Shown: in pieces, positions 26,801 to 40,511 of the stretch
Position numbering within the stretch: position 1 is the stretch's first letter
Layout of the letters: the number at the start of each line of letters is the position of its first letter
Notes under the pieces: generated by a model
What the model was told of the DNA's origin: nothing
What the model saw: the letters and a program-made list of their open reading frames with translations, nothing else
Database searches by the model: none
Made by a program: the position numbers and the translations under genes
Source: Trichoplax sp. H2
Lineage: Eukaryota
Reading direction: 5' to 3'
Length of the DNA stretch: 57,479 nt
Assembly (NCBI GenBank): GCA_003344405.1
Contig: NOWV01000117.1
Span: 186,001-243,479 of the forward strand

Positions 26801-28506
26801 GTGGATCTTTCATGATCCTATGTTGATATTTATTAAATAAATTGGTAAAATTGAAAGTAAGCAATCGTTTACAAGTTTCATTTTAGGCATAGGATAATGA
26901 TACTAATAGAAGAATACACAATGAATCAATAAAACTCTTGTTCTACTGTGCGATTACTTTGGTACTAGATATCAAGCTGTTTTCCCCATTGATGATTGTA
27001 GTGCTACATTAGCAGAATAAATTTCGAATGTACGTTTGCATGCTAATAAATTAATTAAGATTTCCCTTGTTTGTAAACATACTTCTATTTTCATACTCAT
27101 TAAGGTGTAATGAATCCATCAAATAAAGAATTATGGAATAGTTACCCCAACCTCTTACTTTGTTTGTAAATTTCAAATAGTCATAATCCCCTCTGATGTA
27201 GGTGTGTAACTATTTAAGTTCTTAAAGTAATAGGTAATGATGTTTAAACGTTGTGATTAGTTGGGTTATCTATTACTATATGTATGAAAGTATGTTTTTA
27301 GTTTTAGATATCTCCTTTGACGGTAGTCTATTTATTTAATTAATATAGTAAAACATTTGCTTCAGAATCTTTATTTTCTCTGATACACTCAAATATTATG
27401 CCATACCTTAATTTCAAACTCAATGCTACAAATCATCATTCGTGGATTGATCCAATAAAATTCGATAGTATTTTATCCTTGTAGCTATAAGCGTAGATCA
27501 TCGTTACTCATGAATATCGTTATATTTAACTTTTGAGTAAAAAGATCCTTATTTAATACGCATTCGATGCTATTGACTCATCCTTCCATGATACTATTAT
27601 CCAAAGATAGAGTTGAAAAGTAAAGTTGCATATCGGTTCGATGATGCTTTTTATTTGCGTAGGGTTATGTAAATCCTCTTCATTGTGTATGATAATGGCA
27701 TCTTCTATATGACATATATAAATAGACGTATAATGGTAAAATAGGCAAATCTACTGCAATATAATTATAGATGAACCATGCAACATGCAGTATACTACAT
27801 ACGAAAACTTGGAAATCCATTTTAATCATATCAACACACCATGGTTTGTTTATTTGAGAATATATACAGAAAAACGATAAAACTCTGGTTTAAACTATCC
27901 TTGAATGCGCTTACTATAAAAATAATATAAAAATTAATTGCAATTAAATAACATTTAAATTTTGATACGAATAATAATTAGATAGTAAAAGGTGAGGATG
28001 GAAAAATTAGTAAATGATCGCTTTGTAGATTATTTTAGTTACACATTAAATCTAATTACATAGCCCTGCTACAAGAAGAGAAAAGCCGTCATTCAAAATT
28101 TTGAAATCATATAATATCATTTATGTATCCAGAGAAAACGATATTAAATACCACTAATATCAGTTTATTAATTACTGACAGTAATGCTGATACCTTACTA
28201 AAAAAATGTTGATTTTCATGGCTTTGCTTCAAACAAAAAAAACCGATATGCATGTAAGAGGCGTGGCATCACATCTAACTCAGAATACGCTGTCTTTCTA
28301 AGACTAGAATTGAATTTTGTACGTATGTATGTGTAGACTAGACGATATTACGTTGTAATAGATGTTATGCTACTACATTGCACACATATATAACACCATA
28401 TTTAAAATGAAATAGCACAATCATACGATCTACTTGGATGTAATATATTTACTAATACAAGAATAATTTTAAGAAATACTTCACATTCTTAAGAGTATAC
28501 CAACAT

Positions 28507-31122
28507 TCAGCTTTTGCAGTCTAAGTATTGGTGAGTTTGTGGATACCAGTTCTCAGCTCCACATCTAATGGCTTGATCCATGTTAGATAACCTGATAAAT
28601 GACATAGCATTATAATTATAATTATTGATGTCAGTTTCTCCAGGTACTGAAGAGTAAGTAGTATCTGGATTATTGGGCAAGAAAGACTCGTCGCTTCCAA
28701 AGTTGGGCAGCAAACTGAGGTTACCCTAGAATGATGGAAAATAATCAATACCATAAGTAATTTATTTACAATAGGTTCAGATAGCTATATCCTATCAATT
28801 ACATCACGGCATAAAATTTAATTATCTTTACACTGCAGTTACCTCGTGGTGGTTGACTTTTAAGAAATTTTCACTTGAGCCTGTATCATCTTGTAAGTTA
28901 TCAATGGATGTTTTAAATGACTCGTGGCATTGATACAAAATCATATCATCAAAGACTGCACTGCTGTTAGGAATTTCCTGTAATGGCTGTTGCCCTAGAT
29001 TGATGCTGTCATATGGTCGATGTACTGGCCATTGTACGTGATTAAGAGTGTTGTCTAAGTCATTAGAAATGACAGCTCCATCAACCACCAGTTGCTGTCT
29101 TTCCAAGCTGATATTATGGCTATCGTATGATTCTGGTATGATCATCCTTCGATCGAGAGGATGACTATCCGCAACATAAGAGGCGACATGGACCTTATTT
29201 GCATTATAAGTAGTTTCTTGAAACTGTTGTTGATTATCAATCCGATTTACGTAATTTTCACTAACATGCTGAGATTGCTGCTTTGTTGAGTTGATACTGT
29301 TCCATTTCCGTTTAACTTTGCTATTTCCTTGACTAAGAGCAGCATTATCTTGATTAGGAGAATGATGTGGCGCGCCAAAATGGGAATCCTCAACGTCACC
29401 AGTATTTTTTGGATGATTTTTGTGCGCACCAGGTAAAGGTAGCTGGACATAGTATCTGTAAATATTATTGTATAAGGTTAGAAGACACAAAACAAAACAA
29501 TAGTTATATTAAATCAGCAATATCTACTTCAGAGATTTCTATAAGGGTTATAAAATTTCGTAAAGCTACCGAAAAGTAACAGAGATAGTAATATTGTCTT
29601 TGGATGCTATACAACCTTGTATCGACAGCAATTTCATCACGATTAGCTTTTCTTAGTCTAGATAAAGCGTTTTTTCTTGCTCGGCGAAGATTTTTCCCCT
29701 GCTGCTTCAAATCGACTCTAAACCCAGGAAATCGTTTCACGTTCTTGACTATAACTGTAGCTGGACAATAATCCAGTTCATCTTGAGATGATCTGTCGTC
29801 ATCGGAACTGCATTTTCTTGATCTTAAATGATAAATAGAATATAATTGAAATAAATGTAAAGAATATAGACTATCGAAAATGCAAACATTTCCTTTAGGG
29901 TAGTGTGTTGCCTTACTTTTTCGAACAAACTGTGCTTTGCCTTTGAGTAGATGACCGACGTTGACCATACTGGCATTCCCTGACAGTAGCTCTGTTATCG
30001 ATGTTGATAAAGGGTACTCCATCATCTGGTACATACGAAGATTTCCACATTAACCTACGAAATGATAGATTTATTAGTAAGGTACCTTCTAAGAGCAACC
30101 TTGGATACTTAAAATTTGTTACTGTAATAAAAAGGTTGTTAGTAATTGAATCTAAAAGAAATTTTACGTTGATGTCTTATTTAAATGTAAACAAAGGGAC
30201 ATAATTTCATTAAATAACTTGATAAACAGCTAATATCTGAGAAAATAACTGTTATTACAATATAGTAAACTTTGTTATACCTTGTGGAGCTCTTAGGATG
30301 TGAAGATGACTGCCTTGTTCCCCATGAAAGTTTGGTTGATTCCTCAAATCGAGCCAGAACAAATTTTAGTTCCTCGATTGTTTTGACGTAACCTCGGCAA
30401 TAGCTGCTTTTAAACTCTGTTTCATGCAGATAGTAGGCCCATGATACATCATCTAAGTTGGTACTTTGCGGGATACAAAATGTAGGATTTAATTCGACCT
30501 TTACATCCAAAACGTCACTACATCCACTAGATTCGTTTGACAATAATGTAGGGCTGTCGTAATCAGATGAGTTGCCTTGATTATTTAAAGAGCAAGACGC
30601 ACTCTCTTGCAGATTACTCAATGGAGGTAAATGTTGCGACATACTTAAGTTAGTGCTATTATTGACGTTTTCTGATTTAGATTCGAATACGTTTACACTC
30701 CAAGATAAGTTACAACCCGATGGATAGGAATTAGCTAGGGATGTGGATTTCATAAATTCAGCTGATGAACTACAGTCCAATTTACACCATTCATCATTTG
30801 CAGCACTATTTGTGATCTCAATTGTGTTTTTTACTTGCCGGTTGATTTCTTTACTATTTGCATCGCAGTAAGCGGGAGTACTTATACCTTGGCATGCACG
30901 TCGGCTGCCTACATTACGATTTTCGTCATAATTTCGGTATACGGCGTCGTTTCGATTCACTGAAGGATTTAAGTGATTCTTTGAATATGGGCGTAGTGCA
31001 AAATTTGGAAATTTAGGTACAATTTTAAGCGAATTGACTTCATAACGCTGTTCGAGTGCCATATATACTGGGCTTTTTGAGGAATCCATCAACCCAATAT
31101 TATAATTGTTCGAGCTAGACAT
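28507..31122 (-). CDS. CARF: Calcium-responsive transcription factor (CaRF/ALS2CR8 domain), 5 coding exons, 672 aa
   Basis: Exons 31122-30281, 30054-29917, 29822-29616, 29455-28843 and 28725-28507 (total 2019 nt, in frame). The spliced core [31 protein letters not shown]...[18 protein letters not shown]...[15 protein letters not shown] matches the CaRF DNA-binding region as I recall it (DGIPF...ECQYG...CPA...FP...YVQLP...AH..H). In-frame stops lie just upstream of ATG 31122, and an acceptor at 31224-31223 suggests a 5'UTR intron. Confidence 0.9.
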
Positions 31123-34100
31123 TATATTACAGATGGAAGCCAATTATTATTGTCAGCTGATAAAAATTCGTGTTCGGACTTGCCAAAAGGAGCAATTACG
31201 TGGGTAGACCTCTTAGTTAAAGCTATTAAAAATATACAAAATTATGGGAGTTATGATTACGAATGTAACATTTAGATGTAGTTATATTCAACAAAATAAT
31301 ATGTATGCGAGTTTGCTTATTAATGAAACAGTGTGGATAATCGGGAATGTCAAATGTTTGATTAGTATAAACTGCGAAGAATGAGAAAGAAAAAGTCCAC
31401 CAATATGCAGGGCTGAAAATTAATTCGTTGATAAATAAGCCTTTAACTGTTAATCTTATTCTTTTATCGCAGCAGGTACATTCACAGTATGATACAAAAC
31501 AGTAATGAAATGATAATTACCAAATATAAGGTAGTATAAAGATCGCTTGATGTTGCATTTTTAAAATCTAGGTTAGTATATTTTATTCAGTTAAAAGACA
31601 CATTCTTGTAGTATACCGACCAAGTTTCGTTTGATCAGCAGCTCCATGGTGCATTACATTGACGAAAAAAAGTTACGTGACTGAAAAATTCTAAGGCTTA
31701 CAAGCATAAAGTTTTATAGCAACTCAAACGCGACTTGCAAGAATTACTTCCGCGGCTAGTCCACAAATTTATGATTATAATCTATTATCATATCATATGC
31801 CTGAACGATATTTAAATGCGTAGGAATTATTCATAAGAGGTTTCGAAATTGCCTCGAATATTAATTATTATTTTGAAGGATAACGGCTTTAAAAACTAGA
31901 AAGTAGTACAAGATGATGTTATGCAGTAGAAGATCTTAGATAATTTAGCTACGACGCAGATGGAAAAATAGTTAGATGTTTCATATAACAGCTCAAAATA
32001 TATAGCTTCGTAACCCTACTCATATCGTCTAAAATAGCGTATTGTCGAGTAAATCTAGTGTTAAATACTTCTAAAGAAAATTTTCAAGAACATCCATTTA
32101 CCTAGAAGTTTATAACAACCAACTAATAGAGTTCAGTAAATAAAGCCGAGAGTACTAATAAGTAAATTCAAAAAATTGAATTAAACTGGGTATCAACACA
32201 ATCAAGAAGAACGAAATAACTTTTTAAATGTACTTTATATATATTAAATTATTAACTTGTATGAACAGTTACCAGTTTTGCAACTGCGAATTTTATCAAT
32301 AATTTTGGTGAAAGAATTAGTATATACTCATAAAGCTACCCTTTTTATGAATTACTTGCGTCTAAACTTAGTAAACACAGCTAAGATGAGCTTGTAGTTC
32401 ATGCCGTACTATAACGTAAGAATCTAATCAACTTCATGGACAAGGACTATACGTGTATGATAGATTATTTTTAAAATTTTTATTCTTAAAAAAAAAAATA
32501 CTATAAAGTGTACATTTTAACGAGTATTATATTTTGAATACTAATTTCATAATAGCGAGGTATTGCAGTTCCATTAATTACTTATTTTAACAGCAAAATA
32601 TATTTCAAGAAGTTATACTTACCACAGAAAGTGAAAAAGCGAATAGCAAGATATTACTTAATGAACAAATGCAGCATGTAATGCCAAGAAACCTCAATTT
32701 GAGGCTTTTTCGGCTTACCTTTATATTCGTTAAAGGTGCGCAGCTACGATAAGATCCACTAACAATTTTCAGAGTTAAAGACCACTTTCTAAATATTATC
32801 ATAAGAATATCCTACGCCCTGGGGGTAAATTGTTATGCAACTAAATCAATCAAACAATAATGCTCGAAGAATAGTAGACATAGATTAGTGATATAATTTG
32901 TTATGGCATGATTTGGAATGAAATTATCCAAGACAAAGCAAGGATTTTGAATGTCTAAAGTACTCATAGTTGTAATAGAGTTAAGGAATTCAACAATATA
33001 ATAAATAGCATTAGGTCATTTACTGCGATTGTATTTGCGAAGGCTAATGAAACTAAACTTTAAACAATTATTTAACAGAATCATCATCAATAGAACAGAT
33101 TTTAGGGTTCAAATTAGCTTATTTATATATGTTGTATAGATCAATGATGTAGAACATAGCAAAATAGAATTTTTCTTTGATTGTTTCACGTAATTATGGT
33201 ACTATCAATTCGGAGTCAACCTCTCACTTGCCAAATCGTTAAGGTGTTACAAAGGTGATATAATTTACTTATCTAGCATTATATTGTGAATGTTTTAATT
33301 TGCATTAGGTCCTTCATTGGCTTCCAATAGTTACTACTTCCCCTTTACCCCTAATAGAGCAATTGTTTAAATTATTACTTTCAGTAATTCAATCTAGCTT
33401 TTTATTACGTTAAAGGTAGCTATAACATCGCAAATCAGGTAAGCCATGAATCACTAAAAGAAGTAGGCAAGGCAACGATGTCTTAATTCAGACTACGAAA
33501 ATAGCCAAAGTAAAAACCGGATCAAAAGTTGACATTCCTAGGAGGTCAAATATTATCGGGAGAACAAAATTATACCGTAATTTCACATTTAATTTTGCAT
33601 CATCATTTCAATATCAAAATGAACACGTAAGTAAATACATAGCAGGCAAAACCCGGAAATGTAATTATCATTTTACAATTAGGAAGAGAGCATTAATTAA
33701 TCAAACCTCAACTTCAAACCTGCTTTGTTATAAAATTGAAGATATCATAGTTAATAATGACACTTGATTAAATATATTAAGCTATTGTTTCTTTTTTTAA
33801 ATTGTAACCAGAGTTCAATGTCGTCTATACTCTGTTCAAGTTGAGTCGATAGTTAGCTAATTACTTGTGTACGTGAGCAGATGAACTTCAATTTGTTGAG
33901 CGTATATCTATATCAAAATATTGTCGCTAATTCTTTTTTTCTTACTACTTTCATGATCCTGTAGAAGCCGAATAGATAGTCTAGTCCGTAAACTACACGT
34001 TCACCATGTATTATAATTCAATAGATCAGTAAACGAGTTCAGTTTTGGGATGTTCCATGCAGTACCTATTCAAGCGGCGTTTTTCCATTAGCACATGCAA

Positions 34101-37100
34101 CAAAAATCTTGCGGTCACTATTATGCACAATACAAGGAATAGGTAGTCCTAATCATATAGTTCGAGGCCGTACATTCAACAGATGTCATCAATGTGCGTA
34201 ATAATATTGAATAGAAATAGGCTGCACTGTATGATACTTCTATTTGCTGGATTATTTCCAAGGCAGATGACATTGTGTTGCGTTTACAGCAATTGTGTCT
34301 TTGCATTATTTAATTATTAAATCATACTGTCATACGACCTTCGCAAAGATACAAAAGCGTTCACAGCATATTACCGGAAGGAAATTGTTTGATTGATGAT
34401 AGATACAGTCTTACATATTGAAGTTGAGACACAATATATATTTCAGATATTGACAGTGCTTTATGATTATGATTTGCATACGCTGTCATAAATACTTATG
34501 ATGCGACTTCGTCAGGATAGAAAAGTGCCAAAAGCAAATTTCTAGAAGCTGTAGCACAGTTCGAAATCAGCTACGATTAAAATAATAAGATTGAGGTTGA
34601 ACGTTTGATTACATAATATTTACAGCATGCACTGTGATATATGTGTGCCTTTTCACGGCTATGATATATTAGGATTTGTCGACATTATAGATTACGCTAA
34701 GTACAGTAGATTAGCATTCATCGTGACCCTTTAATTAATTAGAAGCGATTGTCAATTATACAGTGGATCATACATTATTATATTGAACTTGATTTGGTGA
34801 TTTAATTGGCAAAATGTAAATATGTTGCTAAAAATAATATTAGCATCATCTGATACATAGAAATTGTGGATTCTGTTATGTTAAGTTTGACAGTTGTAGA
34901 CTGACGGTGGATAGTCTTTGGTATTGCTAGACGAACCAAGTTTATGCATTAAAGTGAAATATTACCGGAAATACTAGTTCTTGTTTTGATATTTGAAAAC
35001 TTTTTACCATGGAGGAAATTGTTTACTTGGTTATTATCATAATAGATATCGTTCTGCACTTTTAAATGGGGTTCACATACCTTAGATAACAGTACGCAAC
35101 AGCTGTTAGCTTGGATAAGCGATCCATGACATAATAAATTTTATTAGCACATCAACTAGAGCCAGCTGATTTACATAATGTTTGTATTCGTCTGGTCATC
35201 ATATCAATTGATTCTCTTCCACCATATTTAATTGATAACATAAAATACGATTTATGCATAGGATGAATACGGAGGCGTAGAGTATTTGTCGCAGGTAGTG
35301 TTCTAAATTTATCGTGATTAACTGAGAATTTACGAATAAGATTGACTGAGTACCGTATTAAAATAAAGCAAGTTTCGGCGCTGGTGAAGTACTTCAACAA
35401 CGTCTCAAGGTTGCTCGTGTATTCCTACAGTAATTGTCAAACATACAACTGATTACTACATAGATTATAAGCTATTATATAAATTATAGCATGCATACAT
35501 AGATTTCTAATTCTCTGTTGTAAATCAGTAATCACTTGCAATTTAAAGCTGTTATTGACGATGATATACTCCTTTCTAGTGCTACTCTTAATTCGAGGTA
35601 GCGTCTACTTTGTACCTTGCTACTTATTTGACTGATGATGGGCTGATAGATATTATAATCAATTAGCACAATTTAAAGTGGGCGTATAGCGTGAATTTGT
35701 AATTTTTTTCTTGCAGCATAACAAAACTATCCGCTTTTAATATCGTTTCTACCACTACAAATCTGTAACTGGTCAATTCTGATGAAGTTCCTATAGACCA
35801 AGGAAATTATACGACTCTAACGAGTAAAAGATTCACTACTAATAAAATTCGCTGATCGACGGATTGCTATTGCTACTTTAAGAAACGACCATGCATAAGA
35901 AAATGATAAAAAAATTCCACGTAATTCACAAGCTTTAAAACAGTGAAACTCTCAAAAGCCGTTGCACTACTCATTTCATGCTATATCATTATGGGATCCT
36001 GAGCAATTTCATAATTTTTTATTGCAAAAATTATTATGCAGCTTACATAGCACTGGGTAAAAATATTTTTATTTTTCATAACTGGTAGGAGGAGTTCCTC
36101 CAAACTGGGCAATAATGTAGAGTAGTGACGTACTGTACACTCTTCTAATTTTTCACACCGTTTACTATCAATGAAGAATGGCCAACAGTACTATAATTTA
36201 CCAGCTGCATCCAATCAGATCATTAAACAAGGACTGTATTAGTATACTGTTTAAAGTATGAACGATCAAGGTTGATGATACCGAGATCGTAAATTGTTGC
36301 ATTAGTAAAATAAATTTTATAACAATTACGATTTAGCTAGAGTTGGAAGTAATGCAGTTTCGCTAGGAAGGCCTTGACAGCTCACTAGCTTACTAATCCC
36401 TCATTATTATTTGGTAACACCCTATTCATGACGAGCCGCTGGTTTAGCCTCATTGTTAACCTATGTGTACATTAGCTGATGAGGTCAGTAAAATAATTTG
36501 ATTGTTTACTTTTGTCCTCTTCAAAGCAAATTTTCCTCTTTAACTTCGCGTCAAGTTATTGTTTGCGCGTACGATGTAGAGATAAAAGACAAGTAGAGTT
36601 TTAGCTCTATTTCATGTTCAAAGAAAATTAAGTAAAGATTACCGCATCAATAATTAAAATTAATTAATCCATACCCCAAAGGTAAATCTTGGGCGTGGAA
36701 TTTGCACACAAAATTTTCTTTTATCTCTTATGTGAATATAGCAGAGATTGATTTTATACCATTGATGCTGATGTATTCCATATAGTTGTTATAATAGTAT
36801 GGCTACGTTAATAATAAGTTATAGCATAGGCTTTCCTGTATTCAATGCTTATTGCAAGTACGTGTATATGCAGTACAACTGAGCAACAAGGTAGTTACGT
36901 TTACTTATATAAATTTACTAGTAAACCCTATCTTATCGGAACGACTCAGTATGATTTTATTTATACGCTATCTACATTCCACTGCTAATTATTCCTGAGT
37001 CTGAGAAATTGCAAATATGTGAATAATTGTATCGAAGGGTGATACAGTCATAATACTTTGTATAACAGTTGTAAAAGACTTGATAAAACTTTATTAAAAG

Positions 37101-37245
37101 CTACTTAGGTACTGCTGTGCTGGGCGTGGCATAGCAACTGAAGTATTCTTTTTTATTTGTCGGAAATGGTCACAATATAATTAGCAATTTAGCCGGGACT
37201 TTTGTAGTCTCTATTAATAGAAAATGACTAGTGGCATGTGCACTA

Positions 37246-37283
37246 GAGACCCTAAAAGGATTCAAGAATACTTTTAGGGTCTC
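37246..37283. repeat. Hairpin with 13-bp perfect stem
   Basis: GAGACCCTAAAAG (37246-37258) and CTTTTAGGGTCTC (37271-37283), plus inner ATTC/GAAT pairing. Confidence 0.85.
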
Positions 37284-37420
37284 CTGTACGCTGTACAAGC
37301 AGCACAACCGGTGTCTGAGAAAAAAATAATAATAATTCACCAGAATTTACCGGGGAAAAGTTCCAAACAAAATTTCGAAGTTTTTAATTGATTTATCGAT
37401 CTAATGCTTATAATAATTAA

Positions 37421-37674
37421 TTAACCTTAAGTCACGGACTATTTCCTGACAAGCTTGCTAGTCTAACGTAAAGCACTTACCTTGAGTTGCTTCTACAGAT
37501 TACTACCCTAATCTGCCGAAAGATCTAATAAGAATATAGTAGCGCTACCATAACGCCTAAGAACTATCCTTCTAAAAGTCTCACAACTATACTATAACAC
37601 TGAAATACTGTCTGCAACAATACTTTCTTTAACTCTATAATGTAGGTAACGTAGTGCCGTAACACTTTAATATA
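37421..37674 (+). mobile_element. Dispersed repeat copy B (same family as 7252-7533)
   Basis: Collinear with copy A, roughly 80% identical by eye. It lacks an ~30-bp segment present in A. Confidence 0.7.
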
Positions 37675-38471
37675 CAACGCAATAAATTGCTAAGAGCAAC
37701 ACTTAAACCGTTGAAATTGTGGTACTGTAATGATGTACTATCAATGATTAGGATATTAGCAAACATTGCCCAATTATTTTTCGATGATATATGGGTTCAA
37801 TTATTGATGATAATCAATAAATAATTGACTTGTAAGCAATGTAAGAAACTGCCTAGAGCAAACTCCAGTCGTTCACACTTTTTATAGTATTATGATGCAC
37901 TACGTATGATCAGGATAACAACAAACAAATTTTCATTAATTTGTTTTAAATGACTACTCGTTACAATGGCGATCATACAAAACTTAAAACAACGTAGTAA
38001 ACTAGTAAGAGCAGAACGAAGTCATCAAAGCTCTATCATGTAGTAATTATGACCTGCCATAACGAGATTTTAGAGTAAAGGAATGTGATTGTATTCTTTA
38101 GCTCTGGGCACACGTTAAATGGACTTAAAATGATTGAAACTTATGTGTATAGTGTGATCACGGATATTACCAAACATAATTTTTGTTAAATGACTTATCG
38201 GTACAATCAAGATTATAACTTATGAATATAATGAGAAACTGCTAATAAAAGAATGCTTTCGATGTAGCAAATTTTTAAAAGATAAATCGCCTCTCCGATC
38301 TTAGGCCAGAGAAGGGGGCTCGTGCAAATGTCAGCAAAAACAGTATTGTAGTATTTCCACTGCAGTCTAATGATCGAGCAACTGCAACTGTACAGTATAC
38401 TGTAAACGGAGCTACTGATACAATGCAAAAGATATACTATCATAATGTAGTGAAATATTTACTTATTTTAC

Positions 38472-38763
38472 TGTCACACACCACTAGTGACAAAGTAGTC
38501 TACACACGCCAATCCTTGCGGAGAACGCCACTTACTAACTTAAAGAGGCGAGATTAGCTATATCACCAAATAATTCTGTTCCAACAACCGAATACTATGG
38601 TATAATTATAGCGTCACAGATGATGTAGACGAGATAGTCAGAGATTTACTATCATTTATTACTGAAGGAATCTTGGCACCCAAGATTATAGTCTTCACAA
38701 TTAAATATCAATTGAAAACTAGTTGACTATCTAACCGACTAACGAACTAAAAAGGAATCTTCA
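38472..38763 (+). mobile_element. LTR-like element copy 1 (292 bp, TG...CA) without matching target-site duplication
   Basis: About 14 differences from 54175-54467. Starts TGTCAC and ends CTTCA. Flanks are TTTAC and GGCAT, so there is no TSD. Confidence 0.85.
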
Positions 38764-39030
38764 GGCATCAGCCTTTTATAGTCTCGTCAGAAACTCCTGG
38801 TGCACATAATATAAAAGTATCCTTTTAAAGTTACACAAGCAATATTTAATATTACTCAATAATTAGGACGAGCTTACGCATCGTAACATTTACAATCACT
38901 AGAAGAAATCTTCAGTTGTAATTCTTCTTTCATGGCTCAAATCTTTATTGTGATTACGAACAACTGGGTTACAGTTTGTTAGCGTTGATGGATATACTTG
39001 TAGGTTCTTGATAATTTTAGCACGATATAT

Positions 39031-39171
39031 CTCACTACTGCGAGCAGCAGCATGCTGGCAGTAGTGTCTACACATCTTTAACATACTTATTAACTGCCAG
39101 CTTTAATGGCATACTTGTAGAGTCTTAATAAGTAGCACTATAGGTCTCACTACTACAAGCAACAGCATGCT
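39031..39171. repeat. 14-bp GC-rich hairpin plus a degenerate 26-bp direct repeat
   Basis: CACTACTGCGAGCA (39033-39046) pairs with TGCTGGCAGTAGTG (39053-39066). CTCACTACTGCGAGCAGCAGCATGCT recurs with 3 changes at 39146-39171. Confidence 0.75.
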
Positions 39172-39460
39172 TACTAAATTTATATTACCTAAACGTGATT
39201 CGCATTTGTAGGACAACGCCTGCATTATTCGAAGCCATTCACTTTTTAAATGATCTTCTCTATCATCTCAATATCGCATATTGATGCTGTAAACGAGGAT
39301 ATTAGCATAAGGGGTAGAGAAAAATAGAATTGATTGCCAGCTTACTCGATTGTCTTCTATAGGTTAGATAGAAACAATACAACAACTAAAATAGATTCAA
39401 CAATCTTAATCATTAATCCAGAGCAGAAATAATGACTCTCAGATTAGTCTCAGCGTACAG

Positions 39461-39603
39461 TACAGTATATATCATTTTTATGATAGTAGAATACTTCAGA
39501 TCCAGAATAAACTATCACTTTATTCTTAGCTACAGCAAATATATCATTATTATGATAGTATTTCATTCTTAGATCTAGAATATACTATCACTGCATTCTC
39601 AAT
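39461..39603. repeat. Diverged ~70-bp tandem dimer with internal inverted repeats
   Basis: Units 39461-39530 and 39531-39603. Each has TATCAT-N4-ATGATA overlapping TGATAGT...ACTATCA. Confidence 0.7.
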
Positions 39604-40475
39604 GTCTGTGAAGCGAAATTTTAGTTACATTAATTGTTGTGCCGTTTATCGGGATGGAGTATCACAGTACTGCCTGCATGCGTAGCTTATAGAGTTTATT
39701 TAGTTGGCTGTATCTGTTAGTTACTGATACCAAACTCTTGTATCTATCATACAAAGATTATCATTCTTATAAAGACTTCCAGTCTGTATCAATTTTATTT
39801 GAGATACTAATTAAATAAATGTACTACATATTCGACGGCAACTACTGCAGGACAAGCGTTGACCTGCATTTCTCTTGATTATAAAGTTGTCTATCTACAT
39901 GAATGAACTTCCTAAAGTCATGGTACTATGGTAGGGTACTCAGCAATTAGCACTTAGCCGGTAAGGTTAGGTTCAAAAGGCTATACTATTCCAGATTTTA
40001 ATCTATTTACAGTGAGATTAAGATTAATTGCAACAAATATTCATAATTGTATGTAATACAATTATACAGACAATGGTGGAATTATCTATATGTTATATTA
40101 TCAAAATACTTACCCGGCAATTTAGTAACTTAAATATCTGTATAGTTCGACACTGCCATGATACAAAACGATCCGTTTACTGTTACAATTAGAATCCTAT
40201 AAGAGGAGAGTCCAAAGACTTCTTCGGCATTGCCTTATACGATCATTCGATTACTGTGCTACACCACTGCAGTACATTGCTGTACTATACTTCTTTTGCT
40301 TCGCCAGTTCTCTTGATCTCTTCAATATTAGCCATTCTATGTCATACTGTAATGTCAGCTATGTTCCCTACAAACATTGATACAGTTTTCCTTCTTCAGT
40401 AGTCTCTAGAATATGTCTGTATATACAAACTGCATGAACTAGTAATATTATAATTAATCCCGTTCCTGCTCTACA

Positions 40476-40511
40476 AGATAGAGGTGAGCTTAGGTGAGTT
40501 CACCTCTATCT
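40476..40511. repeat. 15-bp hairpin (one G-U pair) with 6-nt loop
   Basis: AGATAGAGGTGAGCT-TAGGTG-AGTTCACCTCTATCT. Confidence 0.85.

Noticed and set aside
23900-28450. 4.5-kb interval between the transporter and CaRF searched for a hidden gene
   Set aside because: Only isolated splice-like signals. No ORF of 60 aa or more and no recognisable domain or repeat.
35779-35816. CTGATGA...GAAA hammerhead-like core (also CTGATGA at about 36476 and 51014)
   Set aside because: The stem II closing pair and stems I/III cannot be formed.
39031-39171. Palindromic direct repeats resembling a CRISPR repeat-spacer unit
   Set aside because: Only two degenerate copies, an ~90-nt spacer, no cas genes, and a eukaryotic context.
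40190-40430. Purine-rich minus-strand stretch that looked like a decayed coding or TPR fragment
   Set aside because: Multiple stops and no recognisable family motif.
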